Source of the DNA: Trichoplax sp. H2
Taxonomy: Eukaryota
DNA length: 64,000 nucleotides
Reading direction: 5' to 3'
Assembly (NCBI GenBank): GCA_003344405.1
Contig: NOWV01000261.1
Location: forward strand, 1 to 64,000
The notes below the pieces were generated by a model. That model searched no databases, was not told where the DNA came from, and saw only the letters and a list, made by a program, of their open reading frames with translations. The position numbers and the translations under genes are program-made. Positions 1 through 12,800 of the stretch are shown here, piece by piece (the first letter of the stretch is position 1; every line of letters starts with the position of its first letter).

Positions 1-317
1 CATTTCTAACATAATTTCTATCATTAATACACTATAAAAGTCTAAAAATCAACCTTTAAACATCAAGATTTAGTCATAAAAACAACATTCTAACTACCTA
101 ATAATCAACACAACCTCTGCCAATTTCCATCTTATTTTCTACTTTCCTCACTAAATCTCCTAATGTGACTTCAAGTCACGTCATAAAATTCCAAAGTTTC
201 AAATTCATAACAAAACGTCCAAATCTCAAAAATCAACTCTTACGATATTTTTCTCAAACAAAAATCCAAAAATTAAAATAGAAAAATTATAGTTCAGACA
301 TAAATTAAAAATAAACC

Positions 318-400
318 CGACCGGTTCCAAAACAGGAAAATTATATCGGACACAAGCCCGACCGGTCCCAGAATCCGAAAACTATATCGGACACAAATCC
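318..400. repeat. Two imperfect tandem copies of a ~41-bp unit
   Basis: cgaccggttccaaaacaggaaaattatatcggacacaagcc is followed by cgaccggtcccagaatccgaaaactatatcggacacaaatcc. Confidence 0.7.
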
Positions 401-877
401 GGAAAAATTCGCTTTTTATGAAGATCCACAGTAATCGCTTATCAAAAAAATTTATATGACTACTAAGACTACTTTTCTGACATTAGTATCGCTTAGTATT
501 CGCGAGTATTGACAGTTGATGTTTTAGCGTCAGATTGTACTATAACTGTACGAGTATAGACTACATTACAGTACTTTATCGTCATGTTATAAATCCCCTT
601 TCTCTAAGGATAGTGTTTTGCTACTAAGTCAAATTCTTTTACAATTTGAATAGACGATCAAACGCCCTTTCTTTAGATTAGGCATTTGCTCTATAGGGCT
701 ACTTGTATAGTAATCTATATAATACCTTGTAAAATAATTAAGAAGAAAAGATGGTGACATGATGATTTGGCAGGGTAAAACTTAAAGACACTATCACTTT
801 GTGGGTATTTTCTATAGTAAAATAATACTAATTACATACTAAAAACTACAAAGGACTCTACTTTTAGTCCTTTTACT

Positions 878-1502
878 ACAATAATGAACATTATAATTGT
901 TAGTGCAGCGTCTATTTCACTTAGTTGATCCACTTACTACACTCAATGCAGTGCCGTACTTATTTAAGAATATCTTAACATCCGTAGACAATATCTTCTT
1001 TAGAAATATAAGAAGATCTAAAAGCAGAGCTAACTTAACGTCGTTTGAACTTTCTAAGGAGTTCCCTAACCAAATTTTAGTANNNNNNNNNNNNNNNNNN
1101 NNTATAAAGCTTTACTGTCGTTTCTACCGTTTGTGCAAATTGAACGCATTGACATAAGGTACTATAATTCTTATGGCCTACATATGAATTACATAGCTGG
1201 TTGATTATTTGTTACGTTAATGAAACCGAGCACTAATTTTACTCATTTCACAAAATAGCAAAATCGATTAAAGATAAGTTAAAATTGTAAGCTTTGCTAC
1301 ATAATGAACATTATAATAGTTAGTGCAGCGTCTATTTCACTTAGTGATCTACTTACTACACTCAATGCAGTGCCGTACTTATTTAAGAATATCTTAACAT
1401 CCGTAGACAATATCTTCTTTAGAAATATAAGAAGATCTAAAAGCAGAGCTAACTTAACGTCATTTGACACTTTCTAAGGAGTTCCCTAACCAAATTTTAG
1501 TA
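878..1502. repeat. Near-identical ~205-bp duplication (878-1082 / 1298-1502) straddling an N gap; probable assembly overlap
   Basis: ataatgaacattataa...ccctaaccaaattttagta occurs twice with a few 1-nt differences, and copy 1 ends exactly at the gap. Confidence 0.85.
1083..1102. other. Assembly gap (20 N)
   Basis: Run of N. Confidence 1.
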
Positions 1503-2607
1503 TCTAATGTTAAATAGTTATATTATAAGTCGTGCCGTACTGAAGGCAATAATTTTTTACTTCATACAATAGCATCTGAGTCGCTCGCCAATGATTTAGC
1601 TTATAATTTCTTAAAAGCCCAATCAAATAGGACAATCTATCCTAACAAAGTCCTTTTAAACCAGCAGAAATATCATATATTAAATCTACAGTCCATTGAA
1701 TTGCTATCGTATATCCGATGGTGAAAATTGATTTTTCAGCTACAGAATCAAACCCTAATCTTATCATTCTAAGAATTCCTCGATATACGCATAAATCCTT
1801 AATTGAAGGCTTATTTTTGTTCACGGATTCATACACCTAAGAGCTCATCATCTAATTTATATATCAAGAGCAAGTTATGTCATTACTAATGCTATTTTTA
1901 TACTGCTTTCGCGGGAATATCTCTATTAATTCGATACTATCGCTAGTATGCTACAAGATCAAAATTTAAAGTACTATCATATATTACTACATATCTCAGC
2001 ATCTCAATTAATTATTAAATAATTATTTTTCATCTTTATCAGCTGTCACAAGTTAGCTCTTTGACAGGATAATAACAAAAGTAAGTCTACAAATTTTCCC
2101 CAGAACTACAGTCAGGGCGCTAAAATCTGTCTTAGAAATACTTAGAAAGACTTGACTATAATTCTGTAGATTCTCAGTAATTTGGACGCGTTGAACTTTA
2201 CGTTAGGCACTAGACTTAAGAACTAACTTCATCATATAGATGCAGGGCTTCTATACCTTTCGAGAGATATAAGTTATAATAAGTATCATTAGCGCTTATA
2301 AATTAGGTAATTAATTTACATCTAAATGCGTAGTTAATATGGGAATATTGTATCTGATGACTAACCATAAGACAGATAGATTATAATACATCCATTCATA
2401 GAACCATTAAATCATAATATGCAACCTATTCTTAACTATTCATAATCACTTATTACTGCTAAGGACGTCAGCAGTCTGAACTATTTCGTAATCTAAATAA
2501 AACTATGGCACTAAGTATCGCTATTTACGATAAGATAACACCATTGCATGAGCGTTACTACTTACTGCTATTAAAATTATGCATTATCTTATTCTTATTT
2601 TCTAAAG

Positions 2608-3580
2608 GTCAAACTTACTTGCAGATCAGATTACAGTTCTAGCTATATCTACAGTGCTTCCATTTCAATCAGATCAATTATTGTCCATAACGTCAAAGTT
2701 ACTAATGGTGAGCTCCTTGCATTACTCGCCTTACAATCGTACTATCATAGAGATACATATATTAACTCATGGCTATTAAATGATAAATCTACTTAGACTG
2801 ACATACTATTAACTATTCTGTAATTATCATTTTGTGCATAGTTCATCTTTATTCCGTTAATATTCCTGGAGTCGTCATTGGCTCCCTCGTTGGCGTCGCT
2901 GCCGTTATTATACTCACTATCTATATCTATAAAAGATCTCATCGAAGACAAGTTATTCAGTCTACAGTTCCCCAGAGAGGAGGGCTTCCACAATATACAC
3001 AGACTAACGTAAATTTTATTTCTCAAGCAGCAGCTAACAAGGTTGCAGGTAAGGTTCCCGCTTTTCACTAATAATTGAAAGTACCTGAAAATTTTTAAAA
3101 CTATGGCATTATTGGACCCGTTATCGTATGAATTTAACAATATCACGGGTAGCCCTTTGTAATAATTATTTATTCTAGCCTTTGATTTACGAACTAAATT
3201 AACATAATCCTTACACCGTAACTTATTAATCAGACCCTCCAAGTTACGCAAATGTAACGGCGCAAAGGGCAGGTATGTCCAGTATTTCTAACAATAATTG
3301 ACGTCCTTATGGACTGTATTAAAAGTTGCAGTAGAAATATGTTGTAATTAGCTAGGAATTGCGAAATATTAAATATAGTATTGCCATTACAGGTGATCAG
3401 CCCATTTATTATACCACTAATCCTGCGGCAACACAACCTGTCGTTATAAATCCACAACAGCAAGTATATCCCCCTATGACACAAATAAACCTGGCTAACC
3501 AGCAACAAGTAATCCTGGCTACCCAACAAGTACCGCCAATTACTCAACAACAATTAACTCCGACTACTCGACAACATTAA
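2608..3580 (+). CDS. Locus A: 3' exons only of a MAM-kringle-SRCR receptor paralog (end of MAM2, TM, PPxY- and Gln-rich tail)
   Basis: AG/GT-bounded exons 2608-2707 (VKLTCRSDYSSSYIYSASISIRSIIVHNV, homologous to the last MAM2 exon), 2842-3048 (TM IPGVVIGSLVGVAAVIILTIYIY-KR), 3234-3272 (DPPSYANVTAQRA) and 3393-3580 (Q/P-rich, stop). No upstream exons were found in the window. Confidence 0.75.
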
Positions 3581-6099
3581 AGTTGTAGTAAATATTGAAG
3601 TGTGAGGTAAACATCAGATATATGAATACTGTATACTAATCCTACTTTTAAATTTAAAACATTATATTACGTATGTCAGAACCCATTGATAGCTCGATAC
3701 TAGAACAATATAGTAGTCAAAATCTCTTTTGTCTTGTATTTTACGGAGAAGCATAATTTTCAATATGACTACAGCACTACAAATAATATCTGCTTGTTTT
3801 TTTAAGGTGTTCCTTGGAAATCGTAGAAAAAAGACCAGTACTGATGCCATAGAACTATTAAAAAAAATTTAACTCGAAGAGATTGTGGCAATAAGACATA
3901 ATTATGGCATTTTCAGAAGCAGCTTTTATTTTACCTTAACAGTCCCATAAAATATACTTTCTTCTTGTGATTTAAATACATAAATGTCAAAAAAATGAAA
4001 TTAATCAGATGCATATAGCGACTAAAATTAATTTTGCTATTATAGAATATGTTCTATATTACTACTACAATTTGCAGGTTTGCAACATCGAATATTTCAT
4101 TCTTTGTATTTTATTTCATCCCTACAAATTTGAACAGTAAATTATATGAGACAAAGGATATAATAAACTTTAGCGTTAGCATAAAAGTATTTATCTTGTT
4201 CGAGTCTTTTAAACGATATCATAATTATTATCAATTTCGAAATCCCATGAAAAAATCATTTCTACGAGTAGCAATATTACTACATATTTATTATAATTTT
4301 ATTTATAGTTGCCTTCTGTTAAATTAAATGAGCACTTTTAGACCTTAAGTTCTAACAAATCTTCAAAAAATAGCGTTTCCATTTTATATTAATACACTTA
4401 CTTTATGTCATGAAAAGATAATCACATACTTAAATTGAAACCCCATTCACGGAAATTTTGACAATGTCATTGTGAAACATTAAGGCCATAAATATGATAA
4501 ATATCTTATTAAATTATAACATAGTAATATACAAAGATAGACGATTAGTAGCTTCACGAGATACCGCAACCTAAATTATGTAATATTTAGTATACAGAAT
4601 ATCTGACTGTTAACTATGCTTGCACGTATATTATTACTATGTAATCGTTTTGTAGCATTACACTTTTACACCCATTTATACGCGCAATGCAAACTTCACG
4701 AAGTTTCAACGAGTACCCTAAAAGTTACAGGAGCAGAAATACTTGCAATACGTAGTAAAGCCTAATTTTCCTACAGCTATGAAAACATAAGTGCTAATTA
4801 TAATAACTAGCTCTATTCTGTTAAATACTTCGATATCATCTAGAATACTGAATATGGACAAGCAATGTAATATTTGCTAAGAATTTTTCAGCTGCTCTTG
4901 CGAAATGAGATTTTGCTCAGCAACTACTTAATCTTAGCGTCTACCATAAAAGCTTAGTACAACGTCAGCCCATTCCGTTCTTAACCATGAAAATATAATA
5001 ATTTATAATAACTTTAATGTTATGAGTAATGTATTTGAATTAGGATCGGGAAGGTTAGTCGGAACTCCAACCAATGTCCTGTATAGTCTACACGGTTTGA
5101 TATACATGTGGTAAATTATCATTACTCTTCAAAAAGTTCGTGCTACCTAAATTATTGCCGTTACATCACATTTAATCACTCTGAGCTAGTAAAGCCAACA
5201 TTTAAATTACGAATTTAAAAAATAGTATACTACATTCAACTTGCTTCAATTAATTTGGATGACAAACTGTAATACAGAGTGCCATGACTCATTTTTATTT
5301 TAATAAGACACTCCGAATAAAAGCTACAATATCTGCTGTAACTATTTAACTTAAATACGAGTTCAGCACAGCCTTAAGATTTCAGTTAATTGACAATCTC
5401 GCACATATAGTATAGTCTTACACTTTTGCATATCACTTAGCAATTTCCTACAATCTATTAAGCTATTTTAGGGCTGCACTAAAGGAACGGATTAAACTGT
5501 CTTAACCTATCAAAGTAAAAAAATACTGTAAGGAATTATTTACATTGGAAGCTTCCTGTTTCAGCTTATATTCTCGAATTTCTTAACAATTTGACTAGCA
5601 AAATCGAATTACACTACTTTTTATGTGCTGCATAAAGCAGATGATAATTTAAACTAAAAAATTATATTATTATTCTAAAATACTCTAAATTAAGCTCGTA
5701 ATTAGTCTTACAGGTCAAGAAAGAATTATCTTTGACTTTCAATTACTATTAAAATCTTTCATATATTGCAGCAAAATCTAAGGCAGACTAGCAACATAAA
5801 TTGAAACCTTGATAAAAGATCGAGTTCACATATACTCCATGATAAAGTAGCAATATCGCTAGATAACCACAAACTTTATTTACATGTGTTTATTTATTTA
5901 ATGTACACCTGACCCTGTAACCGTGTCGCCTTGTTAGGAGATCTGGAATTTCAATTTATAGCCATTTAAGAAATAATTTTTGTAATTAGATAAAAAAATA
6001 ATAGAAGCAGTATTCTGATAGATAAAAATTAGCATACAGACCTGAAATTATCGATAAATAATAAGCATCATAAAAATGTTCGATTAATAGATACGCCAA

Positions 6100-7292
6100 A
6101 TCCTGCAAGCTTTTATATGCTGCCCCTTATCAGTGGGAAGAACTATACTAGCGGTTTGGTGCGTGTCAAGTATGGAAGTAGGTATGGTTAGATATGTTCC
6201 AGCGATTGGAATCTCCATGCTGCAGATGTGGTTTGTTGTCAAATTGGACGCATCACTGCTTATACTACTAATCGTAAGTTTTTCATGCTTGATAGCGCCC
6301 GTATTAAATTAGTTTCTAATTTTCAACAATTAATATATAGTTACAGTGAATATGTATCCTACAAATCCGGAAGCAATTATTTTTGGCATCAGCTGTTATG
6401 GACACGAAGCGATTATCGATAGTTGTAATATATCAAGATCTTACTCTAATTGTGCCTCATTCCCTATTAGCGCTGTTTCTTGTATTCCTAGGCAAAGGAA
6501 ACACTGTAAGAGATTATTAAACAAAGTCGTTCAATAGCTACACAGATATTGTTTTATTATAACAGATTGATTTAATCACTTTAGAATTTAAGAGCAAAAA
6601 AAAGCTATTTCATATCGAAGCAGTATCTTTTAGATATTTAATAACAGTCTGATTCTTACGTTTCAGTTATTTACAACAGGCCTACTTATTGCTCATTTCA
6701 ATATGGCATGTGCAACTGGAGTTCTAGTGGACGTTCAACTTGGAATGGGCATCCACAAGACAACAAACACTTTAAGCCTTTTACATACTCAAATTGTAAG
6801 CTATCAGACTAGCATGAGCAATGCTGGTACTTCATGTAGCTACCTGTTACAACATTGAGCAACATCCATAATTAATAAACTTTATTGGATTTCATATTTT
6901 ATAGACTTAGGATTTGTATATGCATATCGAGCACAGGGTAGTACTAGCCCTGTTAAAGCAACTTTAACTAGCCCTCTCATATGCCAAGAATCATATCGAA
7001 CTCTATATGTATGATGAGAGTAGCGAGTATAATATGATGCTAAAATCTTGCTGTTATTCAATCATAAAATGATCACTTAATTTAGCTGTATCTGTCACAA
7101 TATTTTTGAATGAAATTTGCACAGATTTCCTTGCTATACAGCACCATCGGAAATTCTTATGATTACTTGAAAGTTTTTTATGAGCGCGAACGAGGATCAA
7201 CGTATACTTTATATAGAAACTTTGGCTTAAGCTCTGGTTCAACTTGGGTGCAAGCATATACTAAAAGCTTTTATTCATATTCTTCGTTCTAC
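6100..7292 (+). pseudogene. Locus B: internal fragment (SRCR2 plus first three MAM2 exons) with in-frame stop
   Basis: Exons ~6100-6273 (SGKNYTSGLVRVKYGSRYG*ICSSDWNLHAADVVCCQIG; TAG at 6189-6191), ~6341-6506 (ISCYGHEAIIDSC...SAVSC), ~6667-6795 (YCSFQYGMCNW), ~6905-7008 (ATLTSP) and ~7125-7292. No 5' exons or TM exon adjoin it. Confidence 0.8.
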
Positions 7293-9893
7293 GTAAGTTT
7301 TATTACTTGGCGTAATCTTACTTCCTATTTAAGAACTATCACGAAAAATATAGTGCGTAGAGCCCAGCTTTACATATTTTCAACTACTGTTCTTTAGTGA
7401 TACGTATTCGTCAAATACATTAGGTAAATAACTTTATATAAAATGACGTTAAAGATAATTTTCTAAATTTTACTTTACTATAAAATGAAAGTTTCATCCA
7501 AAATTGTTGATTTCATAGAATTTAGACCTTTTAAAAATTTTATTTTATTTAAAAAGAAATTGTGAAATTACTGCAGGTCCCGCTAGTATCTATTATTTTA
7601 CTAATGGTTGTGTCGCTCACATCCCACTACCTACTCTCCTCTAATGTGAGTGATCAACTAACTTACTAGCTACTTAGTCGCTCCAACTAACTACAGAGAG
7701 ATACTGTAAGTAGGACTAACAACTTCCTCACAAGTATAATAAGTGGCTTGTTGTAAGATTAGTTTTATGAGTTTTTAATTCTATTCGTACCACGAAAGTA
7801 TAGTACCTGGTGGTACACTAGAGAAGTATCAACTGAGCGATATATTTTCTGCTCGGGCTTATATACAGTCGCCATACTACGCAACAGGACAATACACGAA
7901 ATAGAAATGGATAGAAACGATATCGAAGGAAAACTTTTGAAGATGTTAGCTTTAAATTTCCTATTTATGATCTATTACTCTAGACTGCTTTTTATACTCC
8001 AATATAATTCTACGAACCAAATTAAGTTGTACCCGTTAAGAATTTAAGGCTTAGCCTACATTGAAATGAAATAAAATGTATGTTAAAGTTGTATTTGAAT
8101 ATGGTTTATACAGATAATGGTATTTTAAACTGCAGATTTGTCACCTCTTCATAGCTAAGACTATGGTCATTTCTAAGAATAGATTAAGCAAATCAAATTG
8201 GCTATTTGAAATAAAGAGAGCCTATCTTAAAATAACTGTATGTATTTACACTTTATGTCATTAATTTGAAACTAGAGGTCAGGTCCTACTCCAAATTAAT
8301 CAATAATGTTCACAACATCTTCATGGCAATCTCACCTATTATCCTATCCAGTCCGTATCAGCTATAATAACAACTTTAGTATTTTAGTACTTAACCAGTA
8401 GCACCCACGCTAGTTCTGCTTGGCCTACTTACATTTTTTTACTTTGCACTAGTCCCGTGCACGTTCAAATGAACGTGAATGTATTCTATAAGAACCATTA
8501 CACTGCCAGAAAATTCTCAGCTAGGTTGTCATGGCATATATGAATCCCTTCCTCGTCTTACATCGCACTAACAGTAGACTATGTCAATAAATTTAATTTT
8601 CAATGTTTTGCTTTCGTCCTTAATAACACACAGTATACTTCTGTATTCTCTTTTTTTCTGTTCATTAATTAATTATAGGATTTCTTCTGTAATGATACTG
8701 TAGTAGTGTAGTATGCATGGCAGAAATTAGCACATAATGCGTGCTATTCTCTCTCTATTAGTAGTTGCCGAGGACTACTCAATCAATTGCGAATTATTGG
8801 CTCCTTCTATGGTCAGGGGCTACTAAAGAGAGAAAAGTAGTCGCAGTCCAATGTCCATGTAACTTCCATATCAGGTGCATCTTGAATAATTTGACTATAT
8901 GCCGTGTAGTGCAATAGTTTCCCTTTCTTTTATCTTTTCTGTACTTTACGTTATATTGTACCTAACATCGGCATTATGACAGTCTGTGAATTACGCTGGG
9001 TCAGACGATGGCCTATTAGAAGGAAACTCAGCTTTTCTTCTGCTAGTCTATGACCATGGACCAGACCATATAGGTTGCCGTTACCTCAAAAGACGAGAAG
9101 ATAGAGAATCTTTCTATCACTGTCGTCATGTGCTGGGATGCTTTGGGACAAAAAGCTATCAGTCCAGCATACGATAGTGTGGAAAAAAGGCGGCTAAAAC
9201 GGCGCATTCTACAAGTACTTGTCCAAGCAAAATTGCCAAGTTTTACAATCTTGATCGATTTTACTACGATATGATTAGGACAAATCTACTGAGGATATAC
9301 TGTATAGCCGTTTTTGCGACATTTCTAGATACGTCATGGGAAATGACTACGTCTGCACTACAGTACAGTATAGTCAATTATAAATTACTTCATTGCCAGC
9401 TTCACTAAGATATAACCAAATCATTCAAAATATTCTTTCTTTACTACTGTAGTCTGTGTCGAAGACAAGATTAGAAGACAAGTCCAGTATCAAGTTAGTT
9501 TGTCTTGTCTTTATTATTCATGATTAGCAGGAAGTAACTTTCGAGTGTACTGCGCAAATCAATCTGCTGTTTTAATTGGATATCAAGAACGATATTAATA
9601 TGCAGTCTGAACTATACCATTACTGTAAGTCATTAGTCATTAGTCTATAAATAAATCGGAATAAATTAAACTAAAATGGAAATGCCTTTTAGTCTGTAGA
9701 CGTACGGAATGGTATAGAATTAATTGATTTCATTGCAAAGGAGAAAGGTGGGGACATCTGCCGGATCCAACAAATACGGTATAGGTGTAGAAGACAGTAT
9801 CAGCGAGCCATATGAAGAAGACAAGATAGATCAGTCTTGGCTACTGTACTACTAGTGAAGAGAAGTCGCTGTTGATAAAGTAAGGTACAGTAA

Positions 9894-12800
9894 ATGGCTT
9901 CCAAAGCCATTGCAATTTTATATGTTACCCTAGTTTATCTTTCCTTCACGATTATCGCTACGTATGGAGATCAAGTAGCAGTGAAGGAAAGTAAAGACGA
10001 TTGTCCAAGCAATTGTAAATGTGAAAATGATCAAGTTCGGTGTAGCCATTCCATACTCAATCAAGACCTTCAATTACCCGAAAAAACAAAACTCTTGTAA
10101 GTGATATTAATTAATCAATAGTTTTCATGTCTTGAAGGTGGTATCAGTATTTTACCAAGCGTTTTATATCGATTCAAAGTTGTCATTAGGTATATGCCCT
10201 TGCCATGCTAACTACTGGGTAAATTTGATGTTTAAATGACTGTAACCTACGGTTAACTTTATTACCGCTTATCATTCAGTTTCGATTATAATGATGCAAT
10301 TTAAAATGGATCAAGTCGTATACTATCTTTTAGCTACCAACCACCATTATAAATTAATTTGGACAGTAATGGATAGTTTTTATGCCGAAATGATGACCGA
10401 TAGAATCATAACACCGACGCACTCTTGATCGTGATTGTTGCAGTTAATCTTTCTGCTAGAAAGATATTGTTCCAAACGTACGTAATATCTTTCCGTTTAT
10501 AGTGTACAGTAAGTCAGTAAGGTTGTTCACTCCAATCAGTATAATTAAAATTATTAAAATTAACGCCCTTTTCTACTCGTACTAAATCGACACGAAGTTT
10601 ATGACAAGTGAGAAAAGCATTTTTATTGCAGATATTTCATTGGATTTGCTAGGTACTTTACGCGTTTCTCAATGGCATTAATGCAGTATTTTGCCATACA
10701 GTGCGACAAACCAGTTGAAGGAGTCCAACAGCAGTACTGTATTCAGCCTCCAGTTTTCATCCACTTGACAGGCATATTTTAAGCTTCGCTTGTATCGTCT
10801 CTAGATTTAAACAGGTTTACGGCAAAAATTCAATTAATACTGTGTAATAACTCCGTTAGAATTTCGATTTAATCTTCTTATTATTGCGCTAGTGATTGCA
10901 GCACTGGCCGGTAGAGACTGTGCATACTCATTGTAGGCCTTTTACTGTTTTGCCATGTCTCCGCTCTTTCTTCTCCACATATCTACGCATAAACAGAGAA
11001 CAGACGGTAAAATTGAACTGTTACCGCACAGTAAAGAATGTTGATAAAATAGTAGTCTAGCCGCGATTGTTCAAGTCTGCAATCCTAAGAATCGGCAGCT
11101 TCTGTGTAACTAATGAATAATATTACTGTATAAACGTCAGCAGAGCAATGGTAAGATACTGGTATCTACTAATTCACGATCCACTGCCGCCACCGCGATG
11201 TAAACTTCCTATTAGAGATTAATGACCTCCAATTTATTCTATCTAAATAAAATAATATTATTAATGAAAATCGGAAGCAATTAAACCTTGACCCTGTAAG
11301 TGTTGGAATGTCAGCAGATACATTGGATCTACACCCAACATTTCTGTAGAGTAGGACAGAAAGGTCTCGGAACTGAATTTGATTCGAAATTCGAATAGAG
11401 CCCAAGATAATAACGATAATCTAGTCTAAAATGCCTGAATCTCATCCTCGCTGAACGGTCATATATTTTACAGTATGATTTTAGATCATTTAACAACTAG
11501 CATTCCATTACGTCATTTGCCGTTATAACGGTAATCCTACTACAACATAGATGCTTACACTTTCGGTAAGATGCCTTATATTGATAAACTGCTAGCTGAT
11601 ATGGATTACCATCGACGTATTGACGTCTTCGTCGATACATCATGTTCCTAGTTCACGACAATGTCATGGCAAAGTTATTATTAGAGAAAACTAGATCAAT
11701 ATTGATCGTTCAATGAACCAACTTCTTACGGTAATAGGAAATCTTCATCCCTACAGCAGTATCACTGCAGTTAAACTATCATTTTTGGCCGATACTGTAA
11801 AGTAACAACATTCCTGCAAATTCTACATCGTATTTCAAAAAATCGGAAAATCGAAACTTTTACGAAATGATTAATGTCTCTTGCTTTGCCATAGTTAAAC
11901 ACCTTTCATCTCTAACCAGTTTTAAAATCAAGATACTCTAGTATGAGGTTTCTATCGCTTAAATGGTTGATACTGAACAAGAATACATTCTACTAGATAA
12001 TTATTTAACGCCCTTTCAAACTGCAGTACAGCATTTTCTCGGTTGGAAATGTAAATTGTTTTTGATATTTATCTGGTGAACAAGCAAAAATGACAAGCTA
12101 CGTCTATCATTAATCTGTAACTACTCTTAGCTATTGCCTACGTTATACACTTTAACTATAAAATGAAGTAATAATTGACTATTTTTATCATGTAATTGTC
12201 ATTAGAATCTTTGAGAACGCAGTTTCGTGCGAAGACGAACATTTACATAATCTGCTACCATTAGCCCTTTCTAAGCAGATAAAAATAAGTGGCCAGTGTA
12301 GCAAGCCCAAACGTCTCATTGGCAGCAGCTTAGCAGAAATAATCGCGGAAAAGCTTAGCTCCACTAATCATCTTCGTGATAAAAGATCTAATTTTGCTAC
12401 TCCTTCAATATACAACTTTACAGGTAACGGTACTAATCCTGCCGGTGTAGCTAAATAATATTCTTCTAATGTAATTTAATAACATTATTAACTTTACCAC
12501 CTAAGGTAATAATTCTCATTAAATACATGAAAGAAATAATTATAATAAAACAGAATTACAGTTAGTATTTGCATATTAAATGGTACATTATTTACAGTGA
12601 GCTTTGTTATAATTTTAGAAACACCACAAGCTACAGCAGGTTGTACCTTTGACGAGGGTATGTGTGGATGGGTCCAGTTAAGTAATGTCGACTTTTTCGA
12701 TTGGACTCGTCACAGTGGCAGTACTCCTAGCAGCTATACAGGGCCAAGATATGACCATACGTCAAATAGTAGTAAGTATAGCAAGTATTCTTATAATCTT

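Noticed and set aside
878..1502. Duplicated segment and ORF 897-1157
   Set aside because: It abuts the N gap and is near-identical, so it is most likely an unmerged contig overlap. The ORF runs through Ns.
2793..3553. Minus-strand ORFs of 152 and 107 aa
   Set aside because: They are antisense shadows of locus A exons with no domain signal. The same applies to most minus-strand ORFs in the track.
8986..9240. GC-richer patch with RPYRLP...KKGG words reminiscent of the start of a Ty3/gypsy reverse transcriptase
   Set aside because: It needs several frameshifts and stops and no YxDD core is seen. Too weak without BLASTx.
10690..11030. Minus-strand MPVKWM word, like a tyrosine-kinase motif, in intron 1 of C
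   Set aside because: It is flanked by stops and no other kinase motifs (HRD, DFG) are present. Likely chance or an unidentifiable relic.
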